Assembly: GCF_018389705.1 (NCBI RefSeq)
Contig: NZ_CP065581.1
Span: 600,001 to 632,000 of the forward strand
DNA from: Mycoplasma mycoides subsp. capri
Lineage (GTDB): Bacteria; Bacillota_I; Bacilli_A; Mycoplasmatales; Mycoplasmataceae
Length of the DNA: 32,000 nucleotides
Reading direction: 5' to 3'
A model generated the notes under the pieces. That model had not been told where the DNA came from and did not search any database. It worked only from the letters and a program-made list of their open reading frames with translations. Of the stretch, positions 20,109 through 29,556 are shown one piece after another. Positions within the stretch are counted from its first letter, which is position 1. Every line of letters begins with the position of its first letter. Both the position numbers and the translations under genes were made by a program.

Positions 20109-20128
20109 GTAATTATACTTAACACCTT
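20094..20128 (-). terminator. rho-independent terminator after rlmH
   Basis: Minus strand stem AAGGTGT / ACACCTT (20122-20128 / 20099-20105) with a 16-nt loop, followed by seven T. Starts 6 nt after the rlmH stop. Confidence 0.6.
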
Positions 20129-20133
20129 AAAAA

Positions 20134-20601
20134 TTATTTATGATATTTTTCATTTTTTATAATCTTAAAAACTCGATAAATTTGTTCAATTAAAACTATT
20201 CTACATAACTGGTGTGGTAGAGTGATTTTTGCTAAAGAAATTTTATTATTAAAGAAGTTTAAAAATTTTTTTGAATACCCATCACTAGGACCAATTACAA
20301 ATAAAATTTTAGCGTTTTTATAATTTAAATTAGTTTGAATTAAATCAACTAAGTTTTCAGTTGAAATTAATTTTGAATTAACATCCAAAATAACTTTTTC
20401 AAAATCTTTATAACTTTCTAATTTGTTTAATAAAAGATCTGAATTTAGTTCTTTTATTTTATTTAATTCACCATTTATTTCTTCTTTTAATTCAATTATT
20501 TCTATATCAGCATATTTTTCTAATCTTTTAAAATAATCATTAAAAGCATCAATATAAAATTTTTTATCTAATTTACCAAAACAAATGATTTTAATTTTCA
20601 T
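20134..20601 (-). CDS. rlmH: 23S rRNA (pseudouridine1915-N3)-methyltransferase RlmH (SPOUT)
   Basis: Intact 155-aa ORF with typical RlmH length and a C-terminal SPOUT knot region (ITLPHQLCRIVLIEQIYR). Confidence 0.85.
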   Translation of the reverse strand: MKIKIICFGKLDKKFYIDAFNDYFKRLEKYADIEIIELKEEINGELNKIKELNSDLLLNKLESYKDFEKVILDVNSKLISTENLVDLIQTNLNYKNAKILFVIGPSDGYSKKFLNFFNNKISLAKITLPHQLCRIVLIEQIYRVFKIIKNEKYHK

Positions 20602-20604
20602 AAA

Positions 20605-21948
20605 TTAAAATTTAAATCCACCTTTTGATAGATTTGGCATTCTTCCACTTTTAATCATTTTAGTGATTTCTAAAACTTGTTTTTTACCTTTTTCAAATGA
20701 ATTAATTAATTCATTAAATTCTTTTTCGCTTCGACCTGATCCTTTAATAATTCGATTTTTTCTACTTATTGCTTTTAAAACTCTTGGATCACGTCTTTCT
20801 TTTAAAGTCATTGAATCCATTAAAATTGAAAAGACAGCTAATTTTCTTTGAGCTTCTTGAATTTGTGATTCACTTACTTTATTAATAGGTAACATTTTCA
20901 TTAATTTATTTAAACTACCCATTTTTGCAATTTGAGCTAATTGGTTTCTTAAATCTTCTAAATCAAATTGACCTAAAAACATTCTGTTCATAGTTTTTTG
21001 AATAGAACGTTCATCAATATTTTCTACAGCTCTTTCAAATAAAGTTTCAATATCACCCATTCCCATCAATCTATCGGCCATTCTTTTTGGATAAAAAGCA
21101 GCTAAAGCATTATATCCTTCACCTTCACCAATAAACTTAATAGGTAATTTAGTTAAATAACTAATAGATAAAGTAGCTCCCCCTCTAGCATCTCCATCTA
21201 ATTTAGTAACAACAACTCCAGATAGTTTTAACTTATCATTAAACTCATTTGTAACATTAATAATTTCTTGACCACTCATTCCATCAACAACTAATAAAAT
21301 TTCATTTGGTGATGTTTTTTTCTTTAAATTATCTAGTTCTTTCATTAAAACTTGATCAACTTGTAGTCTTCCTGCTGTATCTAAAATTACAACATCAAAA
21401 TTATTTTCTTTTGCATACTCTAAAGCTTGTTCAGCTGTTTTAACTGGATCTTGTTTTCCTTTTTCAAATACTTGTGTATTTGTTTTTTGTCCAAGTTGAA
21501 CTAATTGTTCAATAGCTCCTGGTCTATAAATATCTAATCCAACTAATAAAACTTTTTTCTTATTTTTTTTATTTAATAAATAAGCAAGTTTGTTAGCTGT
21601 TGTAGTCTTACCACTTCCTTGTAGTCCAACCATCATAACAACACTTGGTTTTTTATTTATATCTAAAGGTGCATTTTCTTTTCCTAAAATATTTACTAAT
21701 TCTTCATGAACAATTTTAATCATTTGTTGATGAGCACTAGCACCTTCTGAAATATATCCACCTAAAGCTTTTTGTTTTACATTATTAATAATTTCTTTAG
21801 CAGCTTCAATATTAACATCAGCTTCTAGTAATGATAATCTAATTTCTTTTAAAGTCTCTTTAATGTTTTCTTCATTTAAAGTAGAATTTTTCATATTTTT
21901 TTCAATGCTTTTTTGCATTCTTTTTGATAAAAAATCACCAAATCCCAT
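20605..21948 (-). CDS. ffh: signal recognition particle protein Ffh
   Basis: Intact 447-aa ORF. NG domain GLQGSGKTTT, DTAGR, TKLDGD. Met-rich M domain. GGAG RBS. Confidence 0.97.
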   Translation of the reverse strand: MGFGDFLSKRMQKSIEKNMKNSTLNEENIKETLKEIRLSLLEADVNIEAAKEIINNVKQKALGGYISEGASAHQQMIKIVHEELVNILGKENAPLDINKKPSVVMMVGLQGSGKTTTANKLAYLLNKKNKKKVLLVGLDIYRPGAIEQLVQLGQKTNTQVFEKGKQDPVKTAEQALEYAKENNFDVVILDTAGRLQVDQVLMKELDNLKKKTSPNEILLVVDGMSGQEIINVTNEFNDKLKLSGVVVTKLDGDARGGATLSISYLTKLPIKFIGEGEGYNALAAFYPKRMADRLMGMGDIETLFERAVENIDERSIQKTMNRMFLGQFDLEDLRNQLAQIAKMGSLNKLMKMLPINKVSESQIQEAQRKLAVFSILMDSMTLKERRDPRVLKAISRKNRIIKGSGRSEKEFNELINSFEKGKKQVLEITKMIKSGRMPNLSKGGFKF

Positions 21949-21981
21949 ATTAACTCCTTTAATAATTTCTAATTAAATTAT

Positions 21982-23511
21982 TTATTTTAAAATATCTGTT
22001 TCTTTTTTTTCTCTTATTACAGTTATAGTTATTTCACCAGGAATAATTACTTTATTTTTAATTTGTTCTTTCATTTTTTCTAAAATTAAAGCTAAATCTA
22101 AATCAGAAGCAACTAATGGATCAACAATTAATCTAATTTGACGACCTGATTGTAATGCATAAGTTTTAGCAACTCCAGGAATTGAATTTCCAATCTTTTC
22201 AATTTCATGCATTCTTAAAATAAATTCATCAATAGCATTATATCTAGCTCCTGGTCTTGAAGCTGAAATAGAATCAGCAATAGCAACAATAGCAGCTATT
22301 TCACTAGATTTTTCTTTATCTTCATGATGTGATTCAATAGAATTGATAATTATTGGATCTTCATTATATTTTCTAGCAATTTCAGCACCTAATACTACAT
22401 GACTTCCTTGCTTTTCAAAATCTATTGCTTTACCAATATCATGTAATAAACCAGCTCTAATTGCTTTTTCAACATCTAAACCTAGCTCAGAAGCAATAGC
22501 TCCAGATAATTTAGCAACTTCAATTGAATGAGCTAAAACATTTTGTCCATAACTAGTTCTAAACTTTAATTTACCAATTAATTTAACTAATTCGATATCA
22601 ATATCATTAATATTTAATTCTTTAATAGTATTTAATCCTGTTTCTTGAATAATATATTCTAGTTCTTGTTCTTGTTTTTTTAACTCATTTTCAATTTTAA
22701 CTGGTTGAATTCTACCATCAATAATTAATTGTTCTAATGTTCGTGTTGCTATTTCTCTTCTAATTGGATTAAATGAAGAAACTACAACAACATTTGGTGT
22801 TTCATCAACAACAATATCAACTCCACCGATTTGTTCAAAAGTTTTCATGTTTCTTCCATCTTTTCCAATAATACGACCTTTAAGATCATCTGATGGTAAT
22901 TTAACAATATTTGTTGTTCTTTGACTTGTAAGTTCTACTTTAATTCTTTCCATTGCTGAAATCAAAATATTATTAGAAATAATTTTAGCTTTGCTATGAG
23001 CTTGTAGTTCAGCATTTTTTAAAATAGAGATAAGTTCTTTTTCAGACTTATTTTTTATTTGTTTAATTAACAATTCTTTTGCCTGATATTTTGTTAAACC
23101 TGACACATCTTCTAAAAGCTTAATTAAATATTCTTCTTTTTGATCTACTAAAAATTTTCTTTTTTCTAAATCTAAAATTCCAGCATCTAATCGTTGAGAT
23201 TTAGATTCAACAATTTCTTGACTTCTTTTTAAATCATTAGCTCTTAGATCTAATTGTTCTTTAACTCTATCTAATTCGTTTTTTTCTAATTCACTTCTTT
23301 TTAAAAAAAGCATTTTAGCTTCACTAATTTCTTTATATCCATTAGCTAAAACTTGTTTTTTAGCTTGTTTAGCTTCTTTTGTATATTGTTCAATAAGATT
23401 TTTTCTTGATTTAGATTTTCAAAAATAAAGTAAAATAACACTAGAAATAACAAAGCAAATAAAAAATATACCAAGAAAAACTGAAAGTATTATAATTATG
23501 TTTTCTTCCAT
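21982..23511 (-). CDS. rny: ribonuclease Y
   Basis: Track ORF 21982..23313 extended upstream through a TGA to ATG 23511 (509 aa), which adds the N-terminal membrane anchor (IIIILSVFLGIFFICFVISSVILLYFW). KH domain GRIIGKDGRN and HD domain LLHDIGK. Confidence 0.93.
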
Positions 23512-23563
23512 ATTATCTATTTTCTTTCTGCTTAAAAATTACATTATACTTAAACACTAATTT

Positions 23564-23572
23564 ATTATAACA
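23564..23572 (-). promoter_or_regulatory. candidate extended -10 (TGTTATAAT) for rny; a second TATAAT lies at 23543-23548
   Basis: Read on the minus strand. Lies between the recA terminator and the rny start. Confidence 0.4.
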
Positions 23573-23604
23573 TTTATAAAATAAAGAAATTTTGACAATA
23601 AATA

Positions 23605-23634
23605 CAGAAAAGCAAAAAAGCGCTCTAGCGCTTT
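23605..23634 (-). terminator. rho-independent terminator after recA
   Basis: Minus strand reads AAAGCGC TAGA GCGCTTT followed by TTTGCTTTT. GC-containing 7-bp stem (23617-23623 / 23628-23634). Confidence 0.7.
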
Positions 23635-23645
23635 AATTTTATTTT

Positions 23646-24683
23646 TTAATCTTGTTTAATTAGTTTTTTAACTTGTTCAGTTAGTTCATTTATTCTATTT
23701 TCATCAGCATTTAATCATTGAATAACACTAGTTCTACCTTGACCAATTTTTTCATTTTGATAAGAATATCAAACTCCTGATTTTTCAATAATTTCATAGC
23801 TAACTAATAAATCTACTAATTCACCAAGCTTATCAATTCCTTTATTATATAAAAGTGAAATTGTTGTAGTTTTAAAAGGAATTGCTGTTTTATTTTTAAC
23901 AACTTTGATTTTGATTTTATTTCCAATAATTTCTGAATTATTTAAAATATTTTCTGATTTTCTAACTTCTAATCTAATTGATGAAAAAAACTTTAAAGCT
24001 TTACCACCTGTTGTAGTTTCAGGATTTCCAAAAATAACTCCAATTTTTTCTCTTAATTGGTTAATAAAAATTACTGTAGTATTTGATTTTGCAATTAAAC
24101 CGTTTAATTTTCTTAATGCTTTAGACATCATTCTTGCTTGTAATCCAATTGACTGATCACTCATTTCACCATCTAATTCAGTTTTTGGCACTAAAGCAGC
24201 AACTGAATCAACAACAATTAAATCAATACTATTTGAATTAATTAACATTTCTAAAATATCTAAAGCTTGTTCTCCATTATCTGGTTGGCTAACTAGTAAT
24301 TTATTTGTATCAATTCCTAAAGTTTGACAATATTTAGGTTCTAAAGAATGTTCTGCATCAATAAAAGCAGCAATTCCACCTAGTCTTTGAACTTCACAAA
24401 TAGCATGTAAAGATAAAGTGGTTTTTCCAGATGATTCTGGTCCATAAATTTCAATAATTCTTCCTTTAGGATAACCACCAATTCCTAATGCGTTATCTAA
24501 TAAAAGTGATCCTGATGAAAATGTTTCAATATTTAAATTATCACTTTGGCCAAGAACCATAATAGAACCTTTACCAAACATTTTTTCAATTTCTTTAATA
24601 GCTTCTTTTAGCTCTTTTGAATTTCACATTTGAGATTCTCTTATATCATTATTTTCTATTGTATTTTGTAATTCTGTACTCAT
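23646..24683 (-). CDS. recA: recombinase RecA, 345 aa
   Basis: Track ORF 23769..24581 extended at both ends through TGAs (24626 upstream; 23769 and 23715 downstream). FGKGSIM, Walker [22 protein letters not shown] 23646-23648. Alternative start at ATG 24632. Confidence 0.95.
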
Positions 24684-24725
24684 CGATCCTTTTTATCCTT
24701 TCATATTAGTATTAGGAAAAGTTTT

Positions 24726-25196
24726 TTAAAAAAGGATCATTTTTTTTAAAATTTTTATAACAAATTTAATTGCTCTTTTTTTAAAGCATCGTCTAGATCC
24801 TATAAATTTAGGTTTAAATTCATAAACTTTGATTTGATCATTAAACTTAATTCCAATATATGCTAGTCTTACAGGTTTATTTTCCATACTATTAGGACCA
24901 GCATTACCAGTAAAGCTTAATACAATATTTGTTTTTGTTAATTCATAAGTTTTTATCAACATTTCTTTTGCACACTCAAAAGAAATAACACCATTTTTTT
25001 TAATAACTTGTTTGTCTATATTTAAAATATTTTCTTTAAACATAGTTTGATAACAGACAAATGATCCATAAAAAGTCTTTGAACTGTTTTTAATATTTGT
25101 AATTAAATTACTAAATAATCCACCAGTAAATGACTCACAAGTTGAAATTGTTAAATTATTTTTAATTAATAATTTAACTAATTTTTTCAAACTCAT
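24726..25196 (-). CDS. CinA C-terminal domain protein (PncC-type nicotinamide-nucleotide amidase family), 156 aa
   Basis: ATG 25196 with GGTGA RBS. LTISTCESFTGGLFSN is the CinA_C hallmark. The first 26 codons of the track ORF overlap rnpB and are discarded. cinA-recA-rny synteny as in Firmicutes. Confidence 0.8.
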   Translation of the reverse strand: MSLKKLVKLLIKNNLTISTCESFTGGLFSNLITNIKNSSKTFYGSFVCYQTMFKENILNIDKQVIKKNGVISFECAKEMLIKTYELTKTNIVLSFTGNAGPNSMENKPVRLAYIGIKFNDQIKVYEFKPKFIGSRRCFKKRAIKFVIKILKKMILF

Positions 25197-25223
25197 AAAA
25201 TCACCACAATCTATTAAAAAAAA

Positions 25224-25583
25224 TGACGAGATTTTATCTATAACCCACGTTTTGTACTTTTCAGCGTCAATCATCTATCTAGTTAATAATAACTTCTGAT
25301 TTTGATTCTTATTCTCTTAATCAGATTCCTCTACCAAAACTTGAGTTTCTTACTTATGGGGTTTACCGCGTTCCATTTCAAGATTTCTCTTTATTCGTCT
25401 CTGTGGCACTTTAATAACATCACCATAGCAAAGCCTTAGGTTAGTTAAGCCGTCAGTAATTACTTACTGCCTAAATTTATTTTTTCATTTAGCATAAACA
25501 CTACAATCATCACAGATTGTGTAAGCGTGGAGTTTCCTCTATATTCTTTTTCAAATACAGCGATTGACCAATAAAATCTCTTA
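25224..25583 (-). ncRNA. rnpB: RNase P RNA (bacterial type B)
   Basis: The minus strand contains universally conserved blocks: AGAGGAAACTCCACGC (25525-25539 region), AGTGCCACAGAGACGA, GGAACGCGGTAAACCCC, TAGATAGATGATTGACGC and ACAAAACGTGGGTTATAG. All are collinear with Bacillus subtilis rnpB as I recall it. The P1 helix is GAGATTTTAT (25580-25571) pairing perfectly with ATAAAATCTC (25237-25228). GC-richer island. Confidence 0.88.
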
Positions 25584-25586
25584 TTA

Positions 25587-25592
25587 ATTTTA
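25587..25592 (-). promoter_or_regulatory. candidate -10 box (TAAAAT) for rnpB
   Basis: TAAAAT is followed by 6 nt and then the G that opens the P1 helix. No convincing -35. Confidence 0.4.
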
Positions 25593-25663
25593 CAACATAA
25601 ATAAAATAAAAGATTAGATAAACAATCTTAGTTTACTTATTAAAATTTTTTAAAAATTGTTTT

Positions 25664-26887
25664 TTAATTATTAAAGTTAGGAAGTTTTTTATTATCATTA
25701 TTTATTTTAGATCTAGAAGCAAAATCATCAAAAACAACATTTTTGTTAACTTTTCATTTACTTAAATCTTGATCAAAACTAGATGCTTCAAAAAACATTT
25801 TACTCATATTAGTTACATTTAGAACATTTCAATTTGAAATATTTTGATTAAATGAAGTTGCTCTAAAAAACATATTACTCATATCAGTTACATTAGACAC
25901 ATCTCAATTTGAAATGTCTTGATTAAACATACTAGCACCTAAAAACATCGATCTCATATTAGTTACATTTTTAGTATTTCATACTAGTTTTTGATTATTA
26001 TTATTAAAGTTTTTAGCATCAACAAACATTGAATCCATATTAATAGCATTATCAGTTTTTCAATTACTTAGATTCTGATTAAATTGTTCAGCTTCATTAA
26101 ACATTGAATTAAATTTAGTTACATTAGAAGTATTTCAATTTGATATATCTTGATTAAAGTTTTTAGCACTTTCAAACATTTCACTCATATTTTTAATATT
26201 ATCTGTTTTTCAATTTTCTATACCTTTAATTTTTGAATTTATATTTTGTTGAAATGCTAATTTTAAAGAAGTGATTTCTTTAGGTAAATGATCTGGTACT
26301 TGATTTGTTTCAGGTTTAATTTTTTCTATTTGAATTTCAAAATCTCTAGTTAAAAAATATCCAATTTTTACTAACTGATTTTTGTTATAAACTGGATTAA
26401 TTCCATAACCTCAAAACTTAGATAAATCTTCTTTTGTATTTTCAATATTTTGTTTTAGTTGATAATTTATTTTTTCTTGATTTAAAATTTGATTTTCTTT
26501 AATTTGAATGTCATTTAAAAGTACTTTGACTTGTTGATTATTTTTAAATTTATTTAATTTAATTTTTATTTTAAAGTATTGATTTTTAGTAGGTAAGTTT
26601 ATTTTACTTGCTTTATATCTATAACCATTAGCTTTATCATATAACCTAGTAAAAGGTTCAAACTTATAGCTTATTTTTTCTATATTTTTTAATTCTTGTA
26701 GTTGAGATTCTAAACTATTATTTTCTTTTTGTAAATTAGTAATTTTTAAATCAACTTCATTTAGTTCATCTTTAATTTTTGTACTTAACATTTCTAGAGT
26801 TTGTGTATCAAGTTGATAACAAGAAACAACTAAACTAGTTAAACTAATTACTAATAGTGAATTTAAAAATATTAATATTTTTTTCAT
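25664..26887 (-). CDS. lipoprotein with DUF285/BspA-like 25-residue repeats, 407 aa
   Basis: Signal peptide plus lipobox (LTSLVVSC). The track ORF 26411..26887 covers only the N-terminal domain. Downstream the frame continues through TGAs at 26411, 26210, 26135, 26060, 25979, 25904, 25829 and 25754 to TAA 25664-25666. Repeat consensus F..A..FNQdiS.W.t.NVt.Ms.MF. Confidence 0.85.
25754..26212 (-). repeat. about 7 tandem 75-nt (25-aa) DUF285-type coding repeats
   Basis: In-frame TGA (Trp) codons recur every 75 nt (one 81-nt interval). Repeated motifs NFNQDISNW and NVTNMS.MF. Confidence 0.85.
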
Positions 26888-26929
26888 ACAAATTAATTCT
26901 CAATACTATTTTAAAAGATAAATCTCATT

Positions 26930-26968
26930 ATAGAAAATAAAAAGTTCAAATAAATTTATTTGAACTTT
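26930..26968 (-). terminator. rho-independent terminator after the upstream DUF285 gene
   Basis: 11-bp perfect stem AAGTTCAAATA / TATTTGAACTT (26942-26952 / 26957-26967) followed on the minus strand by TTTTATTTT. A TATAAT (26927-26932, minus strand) follows as a candidate -10 for the next gene. Confidence 0.65.
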
Positions 26969-26984
26969 AATAAAAATTATATTT

Positions 26985-28439
26985 TTATTTCATTTTAGGT
27001 TTAGCTACTGATGGAGTTGATGGAGTTGTAGATGAAGTTGTAGATGAATCTTTAAATTTAGGAAGTTTATCCATTTGTTTTTCTATTTTTGAACCAGTTG
27101 CAAAATTATTGTGTTTTACTTTTTCATTAACTTTTCATTCACTTAAATTTTGATCAAAACTAGAGGCTTTATTAAACATAAAGTTCATATTAGTTACATT
27201 AGAAACATCTCATTTTGATATATTAGAATTAAATTTTTCAGCTTCTGAAAACATATTACTCATATCAACTACTTTTTTAGTATCTCATTTAGAAATATCT
27301 TGACTAAAATTTTTAGCTCTTCTAAACATTGAAGCCATTGTTTTTACATTAGTAGTATTTCAAGATGAAATATTTCCATTAAATGCTTTAGCATCAGAAA
27401 ACATTTGTTTCATAGATTCAACATGAGAAGTATCTCATTTATCTAAATTAGAATTAAATTTTTCTGCTCCATCAAACATTTGTTCCATATTATAAACATG
27501 AGAAGTTTGTCATGAACTTAGATCTTGATTAAATTCTTTTGCTCTAGCAAACATTTTTCTAGCAAATGCTAAATTATATGGTTTTCATTTTCCTAAATTT
27601 TGATTAAATTTAGCATTATCAGCAAACATTGAATTAGCATCTCTTAAAATTTTTACATCTCAATTTGAAATATCTTGATTAAAGTTTTTAGCACCATCAA
27701 ATAAGAAACTCATTTGACAAACTCTAGAAACATCTCATTTTTCAATACCATCAACATTTGCAGACGTGATTTGATTAAATACTTTACTTAAACTATTAAC
27801 TTCTCTTGGTAAAAGTGCACTTATTTTAGAAATATTTGTTGGCATTTCAAATGCTTGTACGTAATGAATATTTTTATTAAATGGTTTTAGATAATTTTCA
27901 CCTTCATCATCATAATAACCCATTTGAATAACTTCAACAATGTCACTTATTTCTTGTTTGTTTCTTTTTTTAACTGGATCTTTTCAAACCATTTTTTCTC
28001 ATTCGTCTTTATTTTTTTCAACAATCTTTCCTTCTTTTGTTTTATATTTTATTGATTGTTGACCATATTTAACAGATCCAACTTCTAATTCAATAACATC
28101 TTTATTTACTAAAACTTTAACTTTTTGATTTAATTTATTATTTTCATCTTTAGTTAATTTTGAAACAGTATTTTCATACAAACTACCATTTAAATCAATA
28201 GTATCACTAATTTTTTTTGGTAATTTTTCTTTAAGCATTTCAACAATTAAACTAGTATTTTTAGCACTATCTAATTTGTTTTTAAACTCTTTATTTCACA
28301 AATCTATAACAGCTTGTTTGTTATTGATAATAACTTCTGATTTAACTGGATTATTATTTGTATTATTACATGCTACTACTAAAAAACCAGTAGTACTAAT
28401 CATTGCTAATGAGCTAAATAATGTTAATATTTTTTTCAT
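26985..28439 (-). CDS. lipoprotein with DUF285/BspA-like 25-residue repeats and a Ser/Thr/Pro-rich C-terminus, 484 aa
   Basis: ATG 28439. Signal peptide plus lipobox (GFLVVAC). Track fragments 27999..28238 and 27735..27923 are in this frame. Nine TGA codons sit at exactly 75-nt spacing (27735 down to 27135), plus others at 28296, 27999 and 27987. TAA 26985-26987. Confidence 0.85.
27135..27737 (-). repeat. about 9 tandem 75-nt (25-aa) DUF285-type coding repeats
   Basis: TGA at 27735, 27660, 27585, 27510, 27435, 27360, 27285, 27210 and 27135, all in frame. Motif FNQDIS.WD.S.V..M..MF. Confidence 0.9.
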
Positions 28440-28569
28440 CTTTATAGCCTTTTATAAATTATTTTTCTTATTACTAAATATTTAAATATTGTATTAAGTT
28501 GACCTTTAATACCACTTTTATTATAGTAAATTAATAATTTTGAGATAAAAATCTAACAAAACTAAAAAA

Positions 28570-28611
28570 TAAATAAAAAAAGATAGAAATTTTGGTTGAT
28601 CATTTCTATCT
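28570..28611 (-). terminator. rho-independent terminator after the DivIVA-domain gene
   Basis: 10-bp stem AGATAGAAAT / ATTTCTATCT (28581-28590 / 28602-28611) followed on the minus strand by TTTTTTTATTTATTTTTT. The stop codon lies inside the stem. Confidence 0.65.
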
Positions 28612-28983
28612 TGATTTACTTATTAATAATTTATAAATTTCATCAATTTTATTTAGTTTTTCTTCATACTCAACTAAATTTTTTTCAATTCTAGTTATTC
28701 TTTTAATAACATCAACATCATTTAAGTTATCTTTTACTAGTTTTCAATTCTTTTTAACATATTGATCTAGTTCAGTTTCAGTTTTTTGTTTATCAGTAAT
28801 TAGTTTTGAAATCTTTTGATTGGCCTGTTCTAGTTGATCATTTAAATTAGAAATTTGATTTTCTAAACAAACATAATCTTTAATAATCTCATCTAAAAAA
28901 TCATTTACTTCTTCAATTTTATATCCTTTATAAACTATATTAAATTTCTTATTTTGGATCTGATTAACTGACAACTTTTTCAT
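28606..28983 (-). CDS. DivIVA-domain protein (GpsB/[10 protein letters not shown]), 125 aa
   Basis: GGAG RBS. The N-terminal DivIVA signature (IQNKKFNIVYKGYKIEEVNDFLDEIIKDY) is followed by a coiled coil. TGA 28744 read through to TAG 28606-28608. Divergent neighbour of recU, as gpsB is in Bacillus. Confidence 0.8.
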
Positions 28984-29046
28984 ATAATAACTCCTTTTTG
29001 ATAATTATTATAACATCTTTTTCTAATACTATAATAAGGAGGAAAT

Positions 29047-29556
29047 ATGTATCCATTAAAAAATAAAGGACAATATTTAGAAACAATTTTAAATATTACA
29101 AATCAAAAATATTTAGATGAAAATATTTGTATTGTAACTAAAATTCCAACAAATATTAATTTAATTAAAATCAATAACAAAATTATTACAAACGCTACTT
29201 TTAAAGATAATTTTAATTGTGATTATATTGGTATTTATAATGGTTTATACTTTGAATTTGATGCTAAAGAAACATCAAAAGATGAATTTAACTTTAATGC
29301 TATTAGAAAAAATCAACAACAAAAATTAGATCTAGTTACTAAACATAAAGGTTTAGCTTTTATTATTTTATATTTTTCAAAATATGATGATTTTTATTTA
29401 ATTTCATATGAACAAATAAAACAATATGTTAGTAAAAATAAAAAAACAATTCCAAGAGATTGAATTGTTTTAAATTGTAAAGAATTATTTTTAACAAACA
29501 AATTAAAACTAGACTATATTAAACATTTTGATCATCTAATCAATCAAATTGCTTAA
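29047..29556 (+). CDS. recU: Holliday junction resolvase RecU, 169 aa
   Basis: AAGGAGG RBS. RecU-like layout (GQYLE..IN.TN..Y, DYIGIYNGLYFEFDAKET with catalytic D/E, KNQQQKL). Extended through TGA 29461 to TAA 29554-29556. Confidence 0.85.

Noticed and set aside
25197-25274. N-terminal 26 codons (MIDAEKYKTWVIDKISSFFLIDCGDF) of track ORF 24726..25274.
   Set aside because: They overlap the 3' part of rnpB, including the conserved TAGATAGATGATTGACGC block and the P1 strand. The CinA domain begins at ATG 25196, which has its own RBS.
25610-25629. Weak hairpin (AAGATT / AATCTT, 8-nt loop) after the first DUF285 gene. It could be a terminator upstream of rnpB.
   Set aside because: The stem is only 6 bp with a single G-C pair. 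It is plausible but not supportable on its own, so it is left out of the features.
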